Origin: the human T2T-CHM13v2.0 reference genome, Homo sapiens
Reading direction: 5' to 3' (one strand)
Assembly: GCF_009914755.1 (NCBI RefSeq)
Contig: NC_060926.1
Length of the DNA: 64,000 nt
This document shows, piece after piece, positions 48,170 through 61,432 of the stretch. The position numbers and the translations under genes were made by a program. A model generated the notes under the pieces. The model was not told the origin of the DNA. It made no database searches and saw only the letters and a program-made list of their open reading frames with translations. Positions within the stretch are counted from its first letter, which is position 1. The number at the start of each line of letters is the position of its first letter.

Positions 48170-51100
48170 CTGGACACACTTTTGTATTTTTCAAGCTAAT
48201 CAACATCTGTAAAGAGATACAAATGTCTCCTCAATTTCTGTTTTTGCAATATTGAAAAGAATATGATCAATGACTAATTTCAGGTCAACCACCTGGGAAA
48301 CACTGCATTTATGGTTAAGAGTGGCTTGGAAACATCAGACCTCATGGCATGGTGCTGTATCTTCAGATCACTTAATACTCTGACTGTATTAAATAAATAA
48401 TATTTATTTAATTTACCCCAGGTTTTCATGTGGGACATTTGTTTTCTGTTTAGCTATTTTACTTTTTTTTTTTTTTTAACAGTGGTTTGAAGTGTTTTCT
48501 GCACATTTTGTCCCCTTCATTGTAGCTCTAGAAATTTATTTACACTAAGTATCAGATTTAGTTTTGGAGATAGATAAACTTAGGATTATATTTTTTCTAC
48601 TCTATTTTCTGATGTTTGATTATTTCTTAAATCCCTTGATATACTTGTGAGTTAAAACCTGTATATTTAATAAGTAATTTAGAGCTGCTGGATAATTTAC
48701 TGTCCCTCTTTGCTAGGAAGATAGAATGTAGGTGAACCCACTTAATCTAATAAAGGGCCTACTAGACTTCATCTTGAGTCACAGTTTTGAGAATAATTTG
48801 TTCATTTGTCATTTGTCCCCAACCTTCCCTGCTCCAAGGTGTAGTCTTCCAGGGGTTCCAGGTGCTAGAGAAGTCATAGTGGCTCCTCTCCCATCTTCCT
48901 GTGTTTCCTGAATTCTTGCTCTTTTCTCCCAGTTACTATGAGACTGCTTAAAACTTTATCCTGTGAAATTTTTGCTTGGCCTATCTTTAACCTGTTCCTT
49001 TTGCACAGCTTTAGAATTCGTCGTATTGTCACAGTCAAACTAGCAGAGAGAATGATTCTCTGATATCTGTTTCTCACTTATCACACTCCACACTCCTAGT
49101 CTTTCAAGTCTCCAGTTTTTTAAATTTTGGGCTCAAGACTCTTCCATAATTTCTACTGATTTTTTTTCTTAGTAGCACTATTTACCTGGGTTATTTGCCA
49201 CATCCTCAGCCTCTTGACCTCAACCCAGAATCAGCAAATACTCAAAGGAAGTTAGCCAGTTCAGAATGTTGGCTTACCGCTCTGTGCTGTTCAGTCACCT
49301 GCATGGTTTTGCCATTTGAAATTCTGGTTATATCGGCTAATCTCCCCTGTCTTCAAACATAATTTTTTCTGTTTTTTAATTTTATTTTATTTTGTTCTTC
49401 TTCTAATTGTCTTCCAGGGAAGATTTACCACAAGTTACTTTATCATAGCTTTGAGTGGCATTTTAATATCATATTTTAAAAGAAAGAAAACAATAGAAAT
49501 GTATTAAAATATCTTCTCAAGGTAAGAATATATTATGGTATTTTATAAACACAAAAGTAGTCACATTAAAAACTGGTAAGTTCTTGGTAAATTAGATTAT
49601 ACATGTCTATCTCCAGTATTTTATAAAATGCATGGTTTCCTCAAAGCTGTAAAAGCATAAATGTATTTTTAAAAGGTATTATTGTCTCCATGAATTAGGT
49701 CTCCACAAGATTGCACTTCTTTTAATAAAGTTTCCATTGCTCCTGGGCATGCTTATGCAATAGATTAAATCCGTGTTATTTTTCTTGGTTAGTGTTGTGG
49801 GTTGATGGTTGCCTCTTCTCACAGCTGCTGCTAGCTATTCAGGAAGAAGCTTTGTAAAAGTGTCTGTGTGTTGGTGGAAGCTTAATTGTTCAGTGTTTCA
49901 TTGGTTTCCAAGCTATTTATACCTTGACTATCCTCTATTTCAATGTCAAGTATCAATTACATAGTAACACTTTTAAAAAAAATAAGACAATGCACATTCT
50001 AAATGTGTGCTTTGGGACAAAGACACCAGTTACTAGCTCGCATTGCTTTTCCATCAATGTAATACATTCCTTTGACCATTTTGAATCAACTAGCCTCTGC
50101 TTTTTTCATTATCTGCTCTCAATATAAAGAATGCTGACTCTTTACAATTGTGCAAAGTTTTATGTCTGCAGAATGTACCCTCACCAATCAATATGAAATT
50201 AATATTTTCAGGTTAGTAGTAAGCTAGAGTTCCTTCCTTTTTGCACCTTTCCTGAGACAGTCTTAGCTGGAATAGATATGACTTTAATTAGTGTGAGCAC
50301 TCTTAAGCCCTTTCAGTTAATGTAAATTAAGGCCCCTAGATGTCAGTATTCTGCTAGAAAGCATGCTATAAATAGTCACTAAATCACAGATGCTCAGCCA
50401 AAGAACTCTGTGAACAGTTAATCATCACCTTACATACTACAAGTTTCAAGTTGTTTGATGATTTACTGACAATGGACTTAGGCTTCTCATTCTATGAGAA
50501 AGTAAGTGATAATATTGATAGGATTATTCTTGGTCTCTAGCAGCTCTCCAGATGTTATTTTATCAAACACACACTTACTGGCTTGCAATAAGTGATGTTT
50601 CAATGTAAGGTACAAGGTTTCTTATCTCATACAGTGGGGATCATTTAGATTTTGAAACATACCTTTTTCATACTTCAGATAGCTTACTTTTATGACATTT
50701 TCTAAGATGCCATGTCTATAAATTGATATCAATTTACTTTACCACAGGTTACTTTATCATAGCTTTGAGTGGAATTTTGATATCATATTTTAAAAGAAAT
50801 AAAACAATAGAAATGTATCAAAATACCTTCTCAAAGTAAGAGTATATTGTGGTACTTTATAAACACAAAAGTAGTCACATTAAACAACTGATAAGTTCTT
50901 GGTAAATTAGGTTATGTATGTCTACCTTCGGTATTTTATAAAATGCATGGTTTCCTATAAGTTGATATCAACTTACAGGCATGGCATCTTAGACAATGTC
51001 ATAAAAGTAAGCTATCTGAAGTATCTCAGTTTAATGGTCCTAAAGCTGGGACATGCTACTAAGACATATTTTATCAGGCTCTTCTAATTATCCTATTTAT

Positions 51101-51288
51101 GTGAATGATACTAATACTTTTAGACAAATTACTATGATGTCAATTGTCAGCACATTTACAAAGAAAGTAGACTAGGTCTTCTGTCCTCTTTTGTTTCCCA
51201 GGAGATCCCTCAGCAATTAAAATAGAAATGGATTATAGGTCAATGCTTAATTCCTTCTTCTCAAATGCCATGGACAAAATTATTTAAT
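48170..51288 (+). pseudogene. Four phase-compatible fossil exons (48170-48313, 49418-49521, 49825-49963, 51202-51288)
   Basis: Spliced: GHTFVFFKLINICKEIQMSPQFLFLQY*KEYDQ*LISGQPPGKHCIY|GKIYHKLLYHSFEWHFNIIF*KKENNRNVLKYLLK|LLLAIQEEAL*KCLCVGGSLIVQCFIGFQAIYTLTILYFNVKYQLH|RDPSAIKIEMDYRSMLNSFFSNAMDKII*. The donor of the third exon is uncertain. Confidence 0.55.
50670..51024. repeat. ~220-bp direct copy of 49424-49641 (at 50738-50956) bracketed by 67-bp inverted arms (50670-50736, 50958-51024)
   Basis: TTTACCACA(A/G)GTTACTTTATCATAGCTTTGAGTGG...AAAATGCATGGTTTCCT occurs twice. ATACTTCAGATAGCTTACTTTTATGACATT.. is mirrored by ..AATGTCATAAAAGTAAGCTATCTGAAGTAT. Confidence 0.95.
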
Positions 51289-52059
51289 GTGAGCATTGTT
51301 TTTATACAAATAAATTTCTGTTTATAACCACAGCTTTTCACCAAGATTTTCTTAGACCCCACAAACTGTCTAATCAAATTACAATTATTCAGCCATCAAA
51401 CTGTTTATCTGAGACAATATTTTTGTATGTTAAGTAATAACTAGAAAGTTATGTATACTATGAGAGATGTCTTAAAATATAAAATCAGTTGGAAATAGAA
51501 TAATAAAAAATAGGTTGTGATGGATTATAAAATTATTGATGCTTTGCCGAGTTTAAAATGATAGATTCTACAAGTAATCATTGCAATCAGCAAAATAAGG
51601 CTATGAAATTAATAGGATTAGTCACATACAACCGTAACATAGGACACGCTATTTAAAGCACATTTATGAATATTCAGGTTTAACTCTATACAGTGTCAGA
51701 AGCTGTAATTATAAACTGGATATTCAAAATAGATAAATCTCATCAATTCACAGGACAATGTTTGACGTCTCGAGTACCATCCTACACTAGCACTATGCCA
51801 TTAAACTCTTCTGTCATTTCCTTTTATACTAGAATCCTTCCAAACCACAAGGAAAATCACCAGGCCAAAAGTGAGGTTTGAAGTCTGGACATGTACTGGT
51901 TTTCTCTAGCAATCGACTCTCAATTTTTGGTAAAATGAGGCTATTTAAAACCCTCCTCTTAATTACACATATTTATGTAACTCATCACTCTACCTCCCAA
52001 ATCCATAGGAAGGCTTTCAGATTTTGAAATATCAGAATTATGATAATCCCATAGAACAA

Positions 52060-52875
52060 GGTGGGAAGTATTCCCCTTCTTTCTATTCTCTGTAAGAATT
52101 TGTGTAAGACTGTGTGAAATTATTTCTCCCTTAAGTATTTGAACAAATATATCTGTGATTGTGAAGCTCTCTGGGCCAGAAGATTTCCTTGTGGGAAGGT
52201 TTTAAAAGTATAGATTTAATTCCTCTAATAGATTAATAATATTCAGATTTTTGATGTGTTTTTATCAGTTTTGGTGTGTTGTTTTTTAAGATTATCTTTT
52301 TCATGTAAATAATTAAATGTATTAATATATAAGGTTTTCTTAATATCCTCTTATAGACTTTTTCATATCTGTTGGGTCTATAATGATGGTCACCCCAACC
52401 ACAGCTTCATTTCTGATATTGGTAATTTGTGTTTTTCTCATTTTTTTGGTCTTGCTATCACTTATTAATTTTATTAATTTTCCCAAAGAACCAAATTTTG
52501 ACTTAGTTCATTTCTCTATTGTACATTTGGACTTTTTCTAATGTATATGTGCTTTATATTTTATTGGTGTCTGCTCACTTTAAAAAACATTTTCTCCCTC
52601 CAATATATTCTTTGTGTTTAATTTACTGTTCTTTTCCTAGATTTTGAGATGGAAGCTTGAATCATTAACTTTTCCATTTTTTCTTCTTTTCTAACACATG
52701 CATTAAAAAGTAAAAATAACAACAACAAAACTCTTTAGAGTTTCACTGTTCAGCTGCATTTTACAAATATGTCTATGCCATATTTTTATTGCTGCTTAGT
52801 TTAAAATATATTAAAATTTCATTATGATTGATCTTTGATCATTAATTACACAAAAGTATGATGTTTAATTTTCAA
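52060..52875 (-). mobile_element. Old L1M ORF2 fragment
   Basis: T-rich antisense L1 (GGGAAGTATTCCCCTTCTTTCTATTCTCTGTAAGAATTTG, TTCCCAAAGAACCAAATTTTG). Confidence 0.7.
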
Positions 52876-53289
52876 ATCTATTATTCCAAACATTTACTTC
52901 AGAATTATTAACTTATTTTTGTGACTTAGAAAGCTGTTTTCTAACTCTGTCATTGTTCTGAATGATCGTTGTGATATTTACCCAATTATAATATATGAAT
53001 ACAATCTATGACACTCATCACTAATAAATATCTCTGAAAGATGTAAAATAACTGAATGTTCCTAGAAACAAAACAAGACTCTTATGCCAGAATTGGCTGA
53101 TTTAACTTATTGTGGATTTTCAGTTATAGTTAGATGGGTCTTCTTTTGGTATCGCTTTAGATTTTCTCAGTCAAGAAAAAACTAACATCAACAATAAAAA
53201 TTAAATTTCTAATACGAAAAAGTAATTTTTAATAAAGGAGATTTTGTTAAGTTTCAGAAATAATTTTTCACTTTAATAAGCATATGACA

Positions 53290-53647
<358 letters not shown>

Positions 53648-54049
53648 TTACTGCATATCAAATTATAGTCTTCAGTGTATCCCTTTTGTTTTTAATTGCA
53701 AAATCTCTGTACACTCACAGAAATCAAAGTGACTCCTGTCATTTATTTCATTAATAATGCCATATTACATAAAAGAAAATCCTTGAAAGTGAAAGAAAGA
53801 GAATTTAAAATGTATCTTCTTAAGTGATAGTGTGTGATTTCTGGTTAAGCCTCTGAAAGCTCTTTTACCTTTGGCATTCTCCATGACCTAGAGCTATGGG
53901 AATGGGCATTGTACCTGTTTCTCTCCTGAGTCTGCCGTGTTTTAGCTTTGTGATCTTACAACCATGTTTAAGTCTAAAAATAAGAGTTAGAAGTAGGACT
54001 GGCACATGTCACTATATTTAATTTAATGAACTCTAACAGGATTTTTGTT

Positions 54050-54745
54050 TCTAAACCCAGGACATTGAGATCTGCTGGTTGGAGATCTTAGTGCCCAAGG
54101 AAGAATGCTTGCAAAAGGAGATGGAACAGTGTTTCTGTTGCATTGGCCACTGAGAATATCTGGTTATTTTGAATTTGTCACAGTCTGCAGCTAAAAGGCG
54201 AACAGGAAAAGAAGAGGTGGGTTACCGTGTTGGATTAGTTGTTTAATCCTGAAAAATCAAGGGGAAATATAGCTGCCACAAAATGAGGTCAGAGAGAGAT
54301 TCATGTAACATTCAAGGTATCCCCTTGAGCATCTTCTGTTACTGTTTTGGCCAATGATAAAAGTTAAAGAACATTGAGAAGTCGATATACAGAGCATAAT
54401 ACAACTAGAATTATGATAGTTACCCATATTTTTTCTTGTTATAATGTTTATATTAAAATTAATTTATATTCTTAGTATATGCTATCTAATAAAACTTTAT
54501 ACATTATTATTTGTTAAATTATTTTATATTTTTCTTTCCCCTGATGTTTTATGTAACATATAGCTAGTGTTGGTACTGCTTATCTTTATAACATAGCACA
54601 TATATTTCACATTATCAATGTGTAATTATGACTGAATTAGAAAAGGAAGAGCAATCATCCAGAAATTGATGTACAAATTGTTGGGACTTTATTTCTTCCT
54701 CTTTGATAGACAGTAAGAAGTTTGCATTTGTATATGGGATGGTTG
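54050..54745 (+). mobile_element. Possible ERVL internal-region relic
   Basis: CTGCTGGTTGGAGATCTTAGTGCCCAAGGAAGAATGCTT...TTAATCCTGAAAAATCAAGGGGAAATA resembles decayed ERVL 3' internal sequence. Confidence 0.4.
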
Positions 54746-55261
54746 TGTAGTTGTTATTACTCTTTGGTAACTTTTAGTGTAGGAAAAGGTTGAGAACTAT
54801 GCATCACTGTATTCCATCAGTTTTCTTTTAGTGTAGCGGCTAGAAAACTTAAAGCTACATTTCTGAAGCTCACCTTTAGTTGGGGTCCTTTGTATAGTTT
54901 ACTTCCACCTAATTAAATGCAGTTGCAGAAAAGAAGTAAAAATAAAAGTGGAAGCCATGGTTCAAAAATTTATTTACCTATAACTTTTGCTACACCATTG
55001 AAAATGTCTGGTTCTTCTTTAGTGGCTTCCTGATATGAAAGCCTCTTCATCACAGAAGAGGAGGTAGCTCCTTGTGGCTTGATTGTATGGCAGAACGCTA
55101 ATAAAGTATTTCTTGGTTAAGTTAGCCATAATGATTTCAGTTACCTAAAAATTCAATTTTGATCAATAGAATTATGACATATGTTAATACGTTGCTGAAT
55201 ACAGTTTTCTAACATATTAACTTTATCTAAAAATGTCTTTATTTTGCCTTTGTTTCTGATA

Positions 55262-56710
55262 TAGAGAGCGGTAATTTGAATGATAGCAGATTTCACATCA
55301 GGAACCAATGAAGCTAGATAAGAATGCAACATCTTTGATGTCTAAAAGAAACAAAAAGCCAACCTTGAATTCTTTATTTAGTGAAGTTACCCTTCAGAAA
55401 TGACGGCAAAATAAAGATGTTTTCCAATAAAAGACAACTATGAGAATTCTTCACCAGCAGTCCTATTGTATCAGAACAGCCAAAAGAAGTTTGTCAGCCT
55501 ACAGGGAATTATATCAAAGGGAAGACTTGACCTTGAAAATGAATGAGGAATATAAGAAATTGATATTATCTGGGTAAAAAGAAAATAAATTTTTTATTCT
55601 ATCATCTTTAAAAATGTATGACTATTTAAAACAAAAATTATAATATGGCCAGTGTGAATTTCAATGTATATAAATGCATATTGTAAGACTACTTTAACAT
55701 AAAAAACATCAGTAAATGGAACAGAAATATAAGAAACTTATATAGATGCAAAGTATCTAAGTTTTACAAGAAGCAATGTAATATTAACTCTAAGTGAACT
55801 ATGAAAGAATACATATATATGTAACTACAGCAACCAATATAGATAAAAGTGGAATAGGCAAAATAAAGTAGACTACTAAAAATGTTTAAATAATCCAAAT
55901 AAAGGCCGAAAAAGGAGCGAAAAGAAGAAGAAAAAACAAATAATAAAATAGTAGACATAAATCCAACAATACCTTTTAGGTGATAGAAATTAATAGAATG
56001 GATAAAAAGCAAGACTCAGCTCTATGCTTTCTGCAAAAGAAAGTTTAGATATAAAGAAATAGGTTGAAAGTAAATGAATAGAAAAAGATATACAATAAAA
56101 TAAGCAAAATAAACCTGGAGGGTTATATGAATGTCAAATAAAATAGATTTCAAACCAATGTATTACTAGAGATACTGAGAGACATTACATAATGATACAA
56201 GAGACATTTCATCAGGAGCGTATATTTTAAATGTGTATTTCCTTAAACAGAGGATTAATTATCAAACAGAGGAATTAAATCGATAAATTGGCAAATCTTT
56301 AATTATAGTATGAAAGTTTCAAAACTCTATCTTAGCAATTGATCAAGCAACTATATCAAAAATCAAAATTATATTTGAAGATATGACTCACACTGTTAAC
56401 CACCTTGATTTAATTGGCATTTGTAGACCAGCGTATTTGAAATTCTTTTCAAGTGTACATGGTGCATTCATCAAGAAGGACCATATGCTGGTCCATAAAA
56501 ATGTCTCAAGGAATTTAAAAAGATTGAAACCATACACAGAATATTCACTAACTTCACAGAATTAAATAAAATTCAATGTCAATAGGATACTTAGTGAACT
56601 CACAAATACTTGGAAATCAAACAAACAAAAAACTTCTAAATAATTCATAGATCAAAAACAGAAATCAAAAGGAAATATAGAACACATTTTGAATTAAAAG
56701 AATAAAAATC
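55262..56710 (+). mobile_element. Old L1M: ORF1 end, spacer and ORF2 endonuclease relic
   Basis: GCAGATTTCACATCAGGAACC, GGATAAAAAGCAAGACTCAGCTCTATGC, CATTACATAATGATA, GACCATATGCTGGTCCATAAA. Confidence 0.75.
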
Positions 56711-56973
56711 TGAAGTGCTGTAATACTCAATTATTTGATCTGAGTGGCAGTTGCATAGTTTTCACTTTCTGACAACTTGTTAAATTTAGGGTTTATGTAA
56801 TTTTCTGTATGGGTATGATCTGTTATATTTTAGTTAAAAATAAAAGTTATTAGCATGTAGCTGACACTGGAAGCCTAGCTAGTGTATTTCAAGAGGCAAT
56901 AGTAAAGTGAGAAATAGAGGAAGTGAAATGGTATCATAGAGAATAACAACATTGATGAGGCTCATTCCTGCAG

Positions 56974-57613
56974 TGATACAGGAGATAGAAAAAATTTATT
57001 TTAGGCAGATAGTGAGGGCAAAACATTCCCTGGCAGAACTTCCCTTCTAACAAAAAGCAGCCCAAGTAATCACTTCTTTTCTAACAAATAGCAGCCTGGA
57101 AGATCGGGCTGCAAACATAGATAAGGAAGCTGGAAGCTTGCACAGGGGAATGCTCACAGCTGCACAGACAGAAAGGGCTACCTGGGGCCAGACATGTCCA
57201 CCACGGGGGCTCCACCTTCCTTTTTTTTGTTAGCACATGCACAGTAAGAAAAAAATAAGCAACATGGAGTAGCTCAGGTAGAGGACTCACCTCTATAATA
57301 AAAGATTTGTGTGAGCGCTTCCAGAGATTCACGCCCTATGCAGATGGCACACCTGGTCCTAACCACTTTTTTACACCCTATGTAGATCAAATACTGTCTC
57401 CCCACTAGCTTGTCTATAAAAACCCTTGCATTTCACTGTGGATCGGCAACCCATTTTTCTGGGACCCCTCTCTGTAACAGAGAGCTATTCTCTTTCTTTC
57501 ACCTGTTAAAATTCTGCTCTAAACCTCACCCTTTGTGTGTGTGTGTCTATCTCCTTATCTCTGTGGCCATGAAACCAAGAACATCAGGTGTCACCCCAGA
57601 CAAGGCTGCTTCA
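56974..57613 (+). mobile_element. ERV1 solo LTR (LTR9-like), 640 bp
   Basis: TG...CA ends, 4-bp TSD GCAG (56970-56973, 57614-57617), TATAAAA at about 57415, ATTAAA-like GTTAAA signal. Confidence 0.85.
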
Positions 57614-58035
57614 GCAGGTGAGTGGCAACTATCTGGGCCGGTGGTGTGGGGGTAAGAAGAATTTACCAAGACAGCTGTAGGCTAAGAAAGGCAGATTTAT
57701 TACAGGAAGTATGAAAATACATGGCCAGAAAGCAACAAACAAATAAGCATGAGAAGAGCTGACTGCGCAAGGAAACAAAGGCTTGCGAGGGATTTTATAA
57801 AACAGTGCTTACACTAAAGAGTGCTACATGAAGTACTGATAATGCCAAGGCTGCAGTGAGCAAACTTGCAGGTGTCTGATGATAGCTGGGTGCAGGAAGA
57901 TTGTGACTTATTTCAGCAGGAAGGCTATGTGTCCTGGACCATGAGGAAAGGCTGACTTGCAGCTTATCTGCTCTCTCCTTTTGCTTTTCCTTTGTTCCAG
58001 CAGCCTGATTCCTTTCCCCTAATTAGGACTAACAC
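57614..58035 (-). mobile_element. ERV1/MER4-group solo LTR (LTR23/24-like), with the LTR9-like element inserted at its end
   Basis: AAGAATTTACCAAGACAG...AGATTTATT (antisense AATAAA)...GATTTTATA (antisense TATA)...CCCTAATTAGGACT. Confidence 0.75.
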
Positions 58036-58725
58036 ACTCATGAAGATTAACAGGAAGATGCAGATTAGCAGGAAGACCAAACAATGATGTTAATAAAACC
58101 CACATGGTGAAAATTATAAGAAAAGAGTAAAAATCAAATTGTTTTCTGGTAGAGTGAGCCTGAGTTAAAAAAAAAAAAAGTGCAGTATTAATGATGCCTA
58201 AAGTCAAGGTCCAAATTAGAGTATGTCAAGAGAAGTTTAAAAGTGAAGGAGTAGAAAATAAGAGTATGCTGATATGTTTTAGAAATATATTTATGTATGA
58301 ATAAAAACATTCTTTCAACTTTATTGGTAAAATAAGTACTTATTTTTCCTGTATAAGAAGTATAGTTTTAGGCAGCCACCAATGTTGAATCAGAAGCAAA
58401 ACAGATACAAGGTTGAAATCTGTGTAGTTTTCCCCGTGATAGCATTCGAAGGTAGAAGGAAGTGGCCACTTATTTCTCTTTTTATCTGACTTCCAGCTCC
58501 AGGAGAAGCTGGGGCAGTGTGTGCTTAGCTAGGCACTTTGTTGCTCCAAGCAAAATCAGAATTCTCTCGGCAAAAAGAAGTGAGGTTGGAAGGTGGGAAG
58601 GTGACTCAGAATACACGCTTCTTCCATAACATGCATCTCTTCCATCAGGGAAGCTACCCCAAATTCTCATCCAGGTACCTCATCCACCTTGAAGTCTTGA
58701 CTCTATTGGTGAGGTACTCTTTTTC

Positions 58726-58860
58726 ATCATTCATTAATTCATTTAACAAATATTTATTGAGCACCAACTGCTATATGTCAAGCACTGTTCTGGTTCTCAG
58801 GGTATATTAGAGACCAAAAAAAAAAAAAAAAAAAAGACAACAATCTCTGCCATCGCCCTA
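58726..58860 (-). mobile_element. L2 3' end
   Basis: CATTCATTAATTCATTTAACAAATATTTATTGAGCACC...TATGTCAAGCACTGTTCTGG. Confidence 0.8.
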
Positions 58861-59393
58861 ACTGAAAGTCAGTTTATGTGTATCCACATACTTGTGGCAA
58901 AGGAACAGTCTAAGTGTGTGAAATCCCCATTTGGAAAAGGAGATGATGGAAAATATGCAGAAGGAACTTTTCCAGAACTCACAGTAACCCTTGCTGGACA
59001 GCACTGTAATTCCTTACAAAGCAGCAGTGAATGAAACCTTGAGAATCAGTGGTGGGAAAGCCTTTTGACAGCTAAGAGGTGTTTTTACCACTGAAATGGT
59101 TACATACGGACCAACCATTGCTATTGAACACACACACACTGTCTTTAGATATGTTAATTCAAAGTAACTCTTCTAATTAGTGAGTTTATATGTAAATTAC
59201 ATATGTAAGCTAGAAATAAAAATGATAGCTGCTGTCCTAGTGTGAGTATTAACATAAGGAAACACAAGTTTCTATGAGCATCTGGAGACTTTTTTTTTTG
59301 GAACACAGGGTGGTTCCTGAACTATACATAGAAGATTCCTATTAAACATCGCTGGTTGAGGGAAGAACATTTAGGCAGCTGTTGCCTTTGTTC

Positions 59394-60023
59394 TGCTGGG
59401 GCTCAGAAAACAATTCCCCAAAATGCAGGCTTCAGAAGGAGAAACTTCTCCCCGATCTTCTGCCCTCCTGTCTCTCAGTCTCATTCTCCCCTGAGGCTAG
59501 CCATAGAAACTGGAATCCCTCTTCCCCAAGAAGGGGGTCATAGAAACTAGAACCCCTTTTCCCCAAAGCTAGTCATAAAACCTAAAATTATTACTCTAAC
59601 TTTCCCTCCACATTTCTGAGTAAAAACTGGCCATAAAGAAATTATCTGACCTACCTTGTTTGACTGCAGGATATAAGAGCTCCATTCCAGAGATGGTCCT
59701 GCTCATACCCAGAGGGAAAGAATAAATGCTCAGAGAGGCCAAGAAGAATCTAGACAGACAAACTTTGTGGGGCTTCCCCACTCAACCTGTTAGCATTAGA
59801 TTATAACCTTTTTGTTCAATTATATTTTTACACGCTGCCCATACTTTGTTGAACCTAAGCATAAAAATGGACAGTTTCCTCTGTATCTTTGGGTCTTCAT
59901 TCTGAAGCCTCCTGTGCATACACACTGAATAAATTTGTATACCTTTCCTCCTATTAATCTGTCTTTTGCAAGATGATTTTTCAGTGAACCTTCAGAGGCC
60001 CAAGGTTCCCATGGCCCCTACTA
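59394..60023 (+). mobile_element. MER4-group (ERV1) solo LTR
   Basis: TGCTGGGGCTCAGAAAACAATTCCCCAAAATG start, GAAATTATCTGACCTACCTTG, AATAAA at about 59928, GTGAACCTTCAGAG end. Confidence 0.8.
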
Positions 60024-60059
60024 TTCAACAATACTTGCTTATTTATATCTTGAGTAAAT

Positions 60060-60462
60060 TGTTGCAGGGAAGCAATGACTACCTGGGCCAGTGGCACAGA
60101 AGTAAAAGAATTTACCAAGACAGTCGCAAGTAAAGAAAGGTAGATTTATTAGAGAAGGTATGAAAATATGTTGCAAGAAGGTAACAGACAGATCAGCATG
60201 AGAGAAGCTGACTGCAAGGAAACAAAGGCTTGCCGGAGATTTTATAGAGTGGAATTTGGGAGCCATAATGTTTAATGAGTTATGTATGTTATTTATTCAG
60301 GAGGTCAATAAGTCCTGGGCCATAAAGAAATTCATCTGCTTCCTCTTTTTGTTTATATGTCCTGAGCCATGAAGAAAAGCGTATTTATACATTATTTGCT
60401 TTATCTCTTTGTTTTCTCCTGGTCCCATCAGCCTGACTTCTTTTCCCTAATTAGGACTCACA
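60060..60462 (-). mobile_element. ERV1/MER4-group solo LTR related to 57614-58035
   Basis: TG..CA ends, TSD TAAAT (60055-60059, 60463-60467). Shares AAGAATTTACCAAGACAG and CCCTAATTAGGACT with the upstream LTR. Confidence 0.8.
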
Positions 60463-61432
60463 TAAATGTTACATGAAAAATTATTAAAAAGCAACAAACA
60501 GAGTAGAGAGAAAAAGGTAGAAAGGCTTGGGTCCAGGTGGCTGAATGGTTCTTGATGAGCACATAGAATGCTCTTTCCTCTAAATGATGATAATGTAGTA
60601 CTGTGAATAATCTAGGCAGATATTAGTGTATTCTCAATAATTTCCTAATGTTGCTGCAGCCACTACTGGAAGATGTCTTAACAGCTCAGCGATTAAATCT
60701 CAGTGGTTATAGTTCAACAGTACTTCAGTAAAGGGCCTCAAAATGTTTCATCATATCATTCATGTTTCTAAGCAACTATTTCTATGGCAATGTATCACAA
60801 ACCTATGATTAAATAAATTAGCACTCTCTATATATGGGGGTTGAGTAATGGCCTTTTGGAAAAATTGAAATTCATGAAATATTTTGCATCCTAATTTTTA
60901 TTTTGGCATTTCATTAGTTTTATCCAGTTTGCTTTTAAGATGTTAAAAATTCAGGTGTGTCACACAAAGGGGGAAATACATGAATTTCAGTGAAAATACA
61001 AATGAAAAGGTAAGAAGTGTGACAACTGGATGTGTGATGATTAAAAGATGTTGTGACTTCAGCTACAGATGATGGCCATCACAGTCCAGGCAGAAAGCAG
61101 AGAGTATTTGATGTGCTCCTCTTAAGGTGTGGAAATAGAATTATGTCACTTACCTTCCCACCCTTCTCAGGAAAGTTTGGAAGATAAAGCTCTGAAGTTT
61201 ACTTAGCTAAATAACAGTGTATGTGTAAAAGTTGACAATGAAATGAGGGATGACAAAAAATGAGATAGTTAACTGTAGAATTAACTGGTAATTTTGTGGT
61301 TTGCAACAGTGGGCCTTTTCTTAAAAAAGGGTCATGAATCAGTAAGATTGGGTTGAATTCCAAATAAGTATCAGGAATATTGTTAAAGAAGACATCGTTA
61401 AAAAAAAAAAAAAGATAGAAAGGCCTGGATGC

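Noticed and set aside
49825-49963. Resemblance of LLLAIQEEAL*KCLCVGGSLIVQCF to the FtsJ/CMTR methyltransferase 'AL..L..GG.FV.K.F' segment
   Set aside because: The similarity is short and low, the catalytic Lys is absent, and no other motif is visible. It needs an HMM search before any claim.
57614-60462. The two related minus-strand LTRs as ends of one provirus
   Set aside because: The second has its own TSD, the two are quite diverged, and the sequence between them holds L2 and another LTR with no gag/pol.
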